IMG/VR virus record: IMGVR_UViG_3300020045_007472
Span: 1-48,194 of that record
Length of the DNA: 48,194 nt
Strand: one strand, 5' to 3'
Source: a virus
Taxonomy: Duplodnaviria > Caudoviricetes
Made by a program: the position numbers and the translations under genes. Below the pieces are notes generated by a model. It did no database searches and had not been told where the DNA came from. It saw only the letters and a program-made list of their open reading frames with translations. Positions 42,860-48,194 of this stretch are shown here, piece after piece (the first letter of the stretch is position 1; every line of letters starts with the position of its first letter).

Positions 42860-45800
42860 TCACACGATGACCGTCTGGGCTTCGCTCCACGGGCCAACCA
42901 GCCCGTTGGTGCCGATCCAGCGCGTCATGACTTGGATGCCCGCCTTAGTCGGCGCGACGAGAGTGTAGTTGGCCCCGACCTCACCTGTCACATAGGTCCA
43001 CGGCGTTGCGCTCGCGTTCCGATAGGCGATGTCCCATTCTGTCGGCGTGGTGTGAGCCAACTTGGACGCTGACGGCGTGATGAGCAGATCGGCCCCGGCG
43101 TCAGCCACGGTCGGCTTTGCCCCGGCCAGCGGGGGCCATTCTTCACCGTTCCAGCCCCCAGAGGTGTCCAGGGCACCGATGCCCAGGGTTGCCACATCAC
43201 TGCCCACCTTGGGCGTGGCGTACTCCATGATCTGCTCTACGCTGACCGGCTCGCCAAGCCAGTCGAAGTCGTCAGTGACGTTGCCCCCGACCGGCATGAG
43301 GTTGTTTAGTTCTGTGATGATCAACGCATCTACTGTTCCGCCAGTGCCGGTAATGGTAGTGGCGCTGGACGGGAGAAGGTAAGTGTTTTGCACGACGTGC
43401 TCCCCCACCCCCTTGCCACTTACCCCTAGCCGCATCTGGCACGAACTCAGGTCAGAGGGGATGATGGTGTTATTGGCGACAACGCAATACCACGATTGGG
43501 CCAACTGGAGGCCCCACGGGCTACCACGATTGCTCAGGATGTTCTGAAAGAGTACGCAGCGGTCTGTCCCAGCGTTAGAAAAGAAGCCTTGCAGCACGTC
43601 GCCACGGATCGGCTCACTGCGCGCACAGACATTGCGAGCGATCAGAGCATTGTAGATTGTGCCGCTGACGATTTGCATGAAGTCATTATGCGGCGCGAGG
43701 TTCGTCAGCTCTCCCGTTTCTGGGTCAATGTATGCCATCTCGTTGTTGATGGCGAAGAAGCTTTCCGCCGTGTTGTCGGCGATGATCTTCGCCTCGCCAT
43801 TGTCGGGGGTGCTAGTAGCGGTGGGGCCAACAAACCTGTAGCAATCAAAGTAGATGTTGCGCGCCGAGTTGCGGCGGAAGATGAAGGCTCCCCGCACATG
43901 GAAACTGCCAACCTGCCGCATGTTGGTGAAGGTGCAGTCCTCGACTACGGTATCCCACATATTACTAGTCGATAGCCCAAGCCCCTGATGCAGGATACCA
44001 GTGTATCCATCCGGCCATTGCACTGGGTCTTGCAGCGCGCTCTCAGGAACCTCCGGCCCTTCACAGTCACAGAACTGCATCGTGAAGTTGCGGGTGCCAA
44101 CGCCTGTGCTCTTGCCTGCGATCAGGAACTTTTCCGTCAATGGGTTAGGTCCCTGAACGATGGACTTGAAGTTCCTCATCACCAGATAGGCCGTGTCGTA
44201 GATTAGCGATGTCGTGTTGATCGCGTAAGGTTTCCGCACCTGGCCGGGGTGCTTGTCCATCGTGCGGACAGTGCCGGACGTGTAAATCCGGCGGTGCAGG
44301 ATGCCGTTTCCGGTGGGTGTGGATGATCCCGGCCCGCGACCAAGGTCGTAAAGCCGGGGCCGCAGGAAGATGGTGCGAGGGCCTGCTGCCGCAGTTGCCA
44401 GTGCCGTGGCAAGTTCAGCAGCGTTCGCCACAGACCACGCATTTGCCACTGTGGAAATCGTCACCACGGTGTTGCCCACTGCCGTCGAGACGGTCAGGGA
44501 TTTGGTGTCGTCCACATCCGGCGTTCCGTTCGCCACCAGTCCACCAGAGACGATAGACCATGTGCGGGTCATGCCTACCTGACTGACAATCCCGGTCAGT
44601 TCAATCTCATCGCCCGCCGTCGTTTCAGGTTTCCATGACCCAGCCCCGGCAACTGTGAGCGCGCCGAAATAGGCCGTGGCATTCGCTGCGGAAAGGGTTG
44701 TAGGCGTGGCGGATTTCGTGGCCTCGGCACCATCGCCGACCGAGTTGACCGCCCTGATCTGCACGTTCGCCAGCGTCGTCGCTGGGACGGTAATATCCAG
44801 CGAAGTCGGGGTTGTTCCGATGCTGGTCCAGCCCCCGGCGTTGATCTGGTATTGAACATCCGTGAGGGCCGAGCCGCCATCTGCGGGCGGAACCGTAAAG
44901 GCCAGCGTCAGCTTGTCTCCAGCCGCCGAAGGCTTGTCCACCAGCGACCAGTCGCTAGGCCCAAATGCCAGAGGAACAACGGAAACCGCCCCGGTCGTGG
45001 CGCTTGTCGGCGTGGTGCCAGTGCCATTCCCGTTGGTGTTGACCGCCCGGATGGAGACCGTGAAGGCCGTTGTCGGAACGCCCGTGCTGATGACGCGCTG
45101 CCCAAGGCCCAAGCCGCCAGTGAGCGTCATCCATGTCCCGCCGTTCAGTTGGTATTCATAGCGCTCCACAGGACGGCCAGCACCATCAGCCAGCCCGGTG
45201 ATGTCTACATAGATTTCGCCCTGCCCCGCGCCTTGCGAATAGGAAACCACGGGCGCGCCGGGGATGGACGAGGCAAGGAAGAACTCGCCCGCTGGTGTCA
45301 CGAAATAGGCGTTGGCCGGCACCAGCGTTTCCCGCAGGCCAATCCGCACATAAACAGTCGTTCTGCCGTCTGGGCCGGTGCCGACTGTCGCCTGCCCGGT
45401 TGAAGTCCAGGCCCAAGTGTCGCCAACCAGCGTCGGGGTGGCCACGGTCGAAATAACGCCGTCCGGGGCTGTCCCGCGATAGATAACCCACTCGTAATCG
45501 GCTGGCGGGTCGTCATAGATTTCGACGTAGGTCTTCCGGGTATCTACATCCGCCACGGCCTCTTGGTAAATATATTCCCCGGAAGTGAGCGTGCCGTCGC
45601 CACCATCGGCAGGGATGAACAGCGAGTTTGTGGCGGCAATGACTGCGGAAGGATCAGACCCGTTAACGCCTTGCGCCTGCTTGGCTGCCGTGATGGTTTT
45701 GCCGCGATCGCCGGAAACCACGGTGTAGGTTTCAGTCGTCGCCACCTCTACGCCATCAGCATACCACCAGTAATTGAAGTCATCCGCCCCGGTCCAGCCG

Positions 45801-46024
45801 TCGCCGATCATAGAGAGCACCTCGCTCACATCTGGCGTTCCGTCGATTTCCGGCGCGACAACGTTGTAAGGTGGGATGACGACAGAGGCACCAGCCGAGG
45901 TATTCCAGACCCTAGCGCGAACGGTGGCCCCTGGGTTTCCAAGCCCGTCAACGTCAAAGGGCAACGCGCCTTCGCCGTCCTGAAACGTTCCGGCAGTCGT
46001 GTCGGTTACGCGAAACTTCGGCAT
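42860..46024 (-). CDS. Multidomain surface protein (Ig-like and FN3 repeats plus right-handed beta-helix), putative polysaccharide depolymerase, 1054 aa
   Basis: Two FN3-type repeats (DG.G.....Y(E/Q)YQ.N.G.W...IRAVN..G.G); beta-helix cap VANAAELATAL...TIFLRP; HNDFMQ; start taken at ATG 46024. Confidence 0.75.
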   Translation of the reverse strand: MPKFRVTDTTAGTFQDGEGALPFDVDGLGNPGATVRARVWNTSAGASVVIPPYNVVAPEIDGTPDVSEVLSMIGDGWTGADDFNYWWYADGVEVATTETYTVVSGDRGKTITAAKQAQGVNGSDPSAVIAATNSLFIPADGGDGTLTSGEYIYQEAVADVDTRKTYVEIYDDPPADYEWVIYRGTAPDGVISTVATPTLVGDTWAWTSTGQATVGTGPDGRTTVYVRIGLRETLVPANAYFVTPAGEFFLASSIPGAPVVSYSQGAGQGEIYVDITGLADGAGRPVERYEYQLNGGTWMTLTGGLGLGQRVISTGVPTTAFTVSIRAVNTNGNGTGTTPTSATTGAVSVVPLAFGPSDWSLVDKPSAAGDKLTLAFTVPPADGGSALTDVQYQINAGGWTSIGTTPTSLDITVPATTLANVQIRAVNSVGDGAEATKSATPTTLSAANATAYFGALTVAGAGSWKPETTAGDEIELTGIVSQVGMTRTWSIVSGGLVANGTPDVDDTKSLTVSTAVGNTVVTISTVANAWSVANAAELATALATAAAGPRTIFLRPRLYDLGRGPGSSTPTGNGILHRRIYTSGTVRTMDKHPGQVRKPYAINTTSLIYDTAYLVMRNFKSIVQGPNPLTEKFLIAGKSTGVGTRNFTMQFCDCEGPEVPESALQDPVQWPDGYTGILHQGLGLSTSNMWDTVVEDCTFTNMRQVGSFHVRGAFIFRRNSARNIYFDCYRFVGPTATSTPDNGEAKIIADNTAESFFAINNEMAYIDPETGELTNLAPHNDFMQIVSGTIYNALIARNVCARSEPIRGDVLQGFFSNAGTDRCVLFQNILSNRGSPWGLQLAQSWYCVVANNTIIPSDLSSCQMRLGVSGKGVGEHVVQNTYLLPSSATTITGTGGTVDALIITELNNLMPVGGNVTDDFDWLGEPVSVEQIMEYATPKVGSDVATLGIGALDTSGGWNGEEWPPLAGAKPTVADAGADLLITPSASKLAHTTPTEWDIAYRNASATPWTYVTGEVGANYTLVAPTKAGIQVMTRWIGTNGLVGPWSEAQTVIV

Positions 46025-46026
46025 GT

Positions 46027-47511
46027 TTATGGCCCCGGTGCTGTGGCGTCGATTGCGACGGCATAATAAAGGATTTGGCTGTTCACGCCGCTGGTCCGTA
46101 CCATCGGGCCAGCAGATGTGAAGGCTAGGGCAGACCCGTGGACGTAGGTCGTCCAACTGCCACCCTCGCCCGCCCCGTCCAGCCATGACCGGGCGCGAAC
46201 GTTTACGCCGTCCACCTGGAAGCGGACCCAAACCAGATCATTATCGGAGTAGGTTCCGACGATGGAACTGATGTTGGTGTTGGAGCCTGGGTCGCCTACG
46301 CCTTGCGCGTATAGCCGTTGATCTGCGGCCCCAACGCGCTGCCAGTAAGCGCCGGTGTGCTGGTTAGACGCTGCAAAATGCCCGAAGCCGGTTCGCACGC
46401 TGGCGGTAGAAAGAAGCCGGAAGAGTATGAGTACTTCCACGACTTCTGTTGTTCGTCCAGCAAGCCACGCTGTCAGGGCGTCAGCGTCAGCCCAGCGATG
46501 CGTGGTCGTCGTGGATTGCCATTGGACCGCGACCCCGCTTGGGGCACTCGCATCCGTGACTACAGGCGTCGTGACACCCGTGCTGGAGCGAGAATACCGT
46601 GCATCAACTTCGGTCCAAGTGTTCCCGTTAGCCAGCCAATCCCATTCCTCTTGGAATGCGTAATAGCCCGTGGCGGTCACTGCCGGATCGCTGTCAACAA
46701 ACCCCGACTTGGATGCGACTTCGCTGACATAGTAGTCATCACCCAAGGCGACAGTGAACGTCGTTCCGACCAGCGCAGTGGTCGATCCGTTGATGGTCTT
46801 GGTTGCCGCTACGGTGACGCCGCCCTCATCCCATGTCGCAGGTGTGAGTGTAACCGTGGTGCCCGCCCGCGCCAGCGTGCCGACCGCCGTGACCATGATC
46901 TGTGTCGAACCTGGTGCTGCCGGATCAGCCGCAGCATATTCGAATGTGCGGTCGTTCGCCGCGCTGTCGGTCACTAGCACTGACAAGTCCACCACGTCGT
47001 CCTCAACTAGAACGTCAGTTCCGGCTGCTGCAACACCATTGATGGTCCAGCTTGGGGCAATGCTGACGATTGTGCCCTCAGTGCTGGCATAGGTGCCTTC
47101 CACATAGGAGTCCTCTGGAGTGTCACCTGCAGTGTAGGGGCCGAAGGTGGGTGCAATCGTCTCGGTGATTGCTCCGCCCGGCAACTCGATATCTGGTGAC
47201 GACGAAGAAAAGACGTAATAGTAAATCGTCAGGCTATCCCCCGGCGTGCCGAGGCTATCCAGCGGGACCGGCGGCGCAAGTTCCAGTTCCTCATCGGTCA
47301 AGAGCGTGTTGTTGACGACGCGATAGGTGCCTGCTGGCCCGAGAAGGACGCCGTCTTGGATAACGGGCGTGGACGGTGTGCCGACAACGGGGGCTGCATC
47401 AATCAACGTTCCCACAACAGTCCAGACCAAGCTTGACGGAGCCGGGAAAGGAACTGTTGGGATGGACGGAATAAGTATCCGTTGCTTGCGGTCTCGAGCC
47501 CAATCACGCAT
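46027..47511 (-). CDS. Thr/Val-rich Ig-like protein with a C-terminal beta-sandwich (lectin-like) domain, 494 aa
   Basis: Ig-like segments (WTING...LSVLVTDSA; VTLTPATWD) and C-terminal VWVRFQVDG..VRARSW.DG..E...W. Confidence 0.65.
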   Translation of the reverse strand: MRDWARDRKQRILIPSIPTVPFPAPSSLVWTVVGTLIDAAPVVGTPSTPVIQDGVLLGPAGTYRVVNNTLLTDEELELAPPVPLDSLGTPGDSLTIYYYVFSSSSPDIELPGGAITETIAPTFGPYTAGDTPEDSYVEGTYASTEGTIVSIAPSWTINGVAAAGTDVLVEDDVVDLSVLVTDSAANDRTFEYAAADPAAPGSTQIMVTAVGTLARAGTTVTLTPATWDEGGVTVAATKTINGSTTALVGTTFTVALGDDYYVSEVASKSGFVDSDPAVTATGYYAFQEEWDWLANGNTWTEVDARYSRSSTGVTTPVVTDASAPSGVAVQWQSTTTTHRWADADALTAWLAGRTTEVVEVLILFRLLSTASVRTGFGHFAASNQHTGAYWQRVGAADQRLYAQGVGDPGSNTNISSIVGTYSDNDLVWVRFQVDGVNVRARSWLDGAGEGGSWTTYVHGSALAFTSAGPMVRTSGVNSQILYYAVAIDATAPGP

Positions 47512-47725
47512 CTAGAGCTACTACCCAAGTAGGCTTTGACCCAACTGCTTGACCAAACTGACTTGCTGTTGCGTCGAGGATAGCTCCTTCGTGAAGGGTG
47601 ATCCAATCGTTTTCTGCGGGGGCGTTGCTGTTGGCAATTCGAATGGGGCCGCCTACAACCTGCAGTCGCTTAGCTGCTGAATTAAGCTGGACCCAGTTGG
47701 TTCGAGTGAGAGTGGCGATAGCCAT
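47504..47725 (-). CDS. Small beta-rich hypothetical protein, 73 aa
   Basis: AAGGAG RBS; TAATG coupling to the upstream gene. Confidence 0.7.
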   Translation of the reverse strand: MAIATLTRTNWVQLNSAAKRLQVVGGPIRIANSNAPAENDWITLHEGAILDATASQFGQAVGSKPTWVVALDA

Positions 47726-48077
47726 TATTCAATCTCCTTGGGAGTGATGTCGCGAGCACGGCTCGCACGTTCGTGAGCGCTGGCGATACGACCGGCAAGC
47801 CCTATCTTTACGTTTAATTCGGTTTTCTGCGAGGGGCCGTGACCGGTCCGGTCAGCGCCGACGGTGACGACCTGCAGAAGCAGCGCGTCCGACAACTCAT
47901 CCGGCTTGTCCTCCATCCGGTCTTGCAGAATGCTGGCAGCGTCAATGGCGAGGTCCGCGAGCTTCTTTTGGAAGTCCACGAACTCAACGTTCACCACATC
48001 GCGGTAGTGGGCCACTAGCTCAGTGAAGGCAGGATCGCTGAGAAGGATGCTCATCCGAGATTGCGAGTAGCGGCAGA
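47725..48077 (-). CDS. Putative terminase small subunit, 5' end missing (replaced by the inverted duplicate)
   Basis: HTH-like YSQSRMSILLSDPAFTELV and DRTGHGP motif; first gene of the packaging operon; the ORF's first ~37 residues derive from the inverted repeat. Confidence 0.55.
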
Positions 48078-48194
48078 GGATACTTATTCCGTCCATCCCA
48101 ACAGTTCCTTTCCCGGCTCCGTCAAGCTTGGTCTGGACTGTTGTGGGAACGTTGATTGATGCAGCCCCCGTTGTCGGCACACCGTCCACGCCCG
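48078..48194. repeat. Exact 117-bp inverted copy of 47364..47480 at the contig end
   Basis: Base-by-base reverse-complement identity. Confidence 0.95.

Noticed and set aside
1-48194. Inverted terminal repeats of a protein-primed linear genome
   Set aside because: The two contig ends do not match each other; each inversion is local, and the polymerase is family A with terminase/portal packaging.

Overview
The window is a near-complete, GC-rich, apparently lytic tailed-phage genome with a podovirus-type virion module resembling BPP-1/T7-like short-tailed phages. An alphaproteobacterial host is my inference. The left arm (2.7-21.4 kb, + strand) carries small early genes, a UvrD-like helicase, a Cas4-like nuclease/Sak4-like ATPase/SSB-like recombination module, a ParB-methyltransferase fusion, a family A DNA polymerase split over two genes, a DUF3987 P-loop protein and a DUF5664-like dNTP diphosphohydrolase. 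The right arm (21.3-48.1 kb, - strand) carries lysis, tail, ejection, capsid, portal and terminase genes, plus two large Ig/beta-helix proteins between the terminase subunits. I recognised no integrase, RNA polymerase, primase, tRNA, CRISPR array or reverse transcriptase. Both contig ends show inversions that may be chimeric. The strongest leads are: (1) a three-way-junction RNA at 11227-11314 whose loops are complementary to Shine-Dalgarno sequences, including an extended GGAGTCC RBS found at eight phage genes; (2) a synonymously diverged duplicate gene with about 99% protein identity; (3) a proofreading exonuclease whose catalytic motifs are split between two polypeptides; (4) a 33-bp palindromic operator family; (5) a release-factor-like mini-domain without GGQ. 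All family assignments come from motif recognition by eye, not from database searches.
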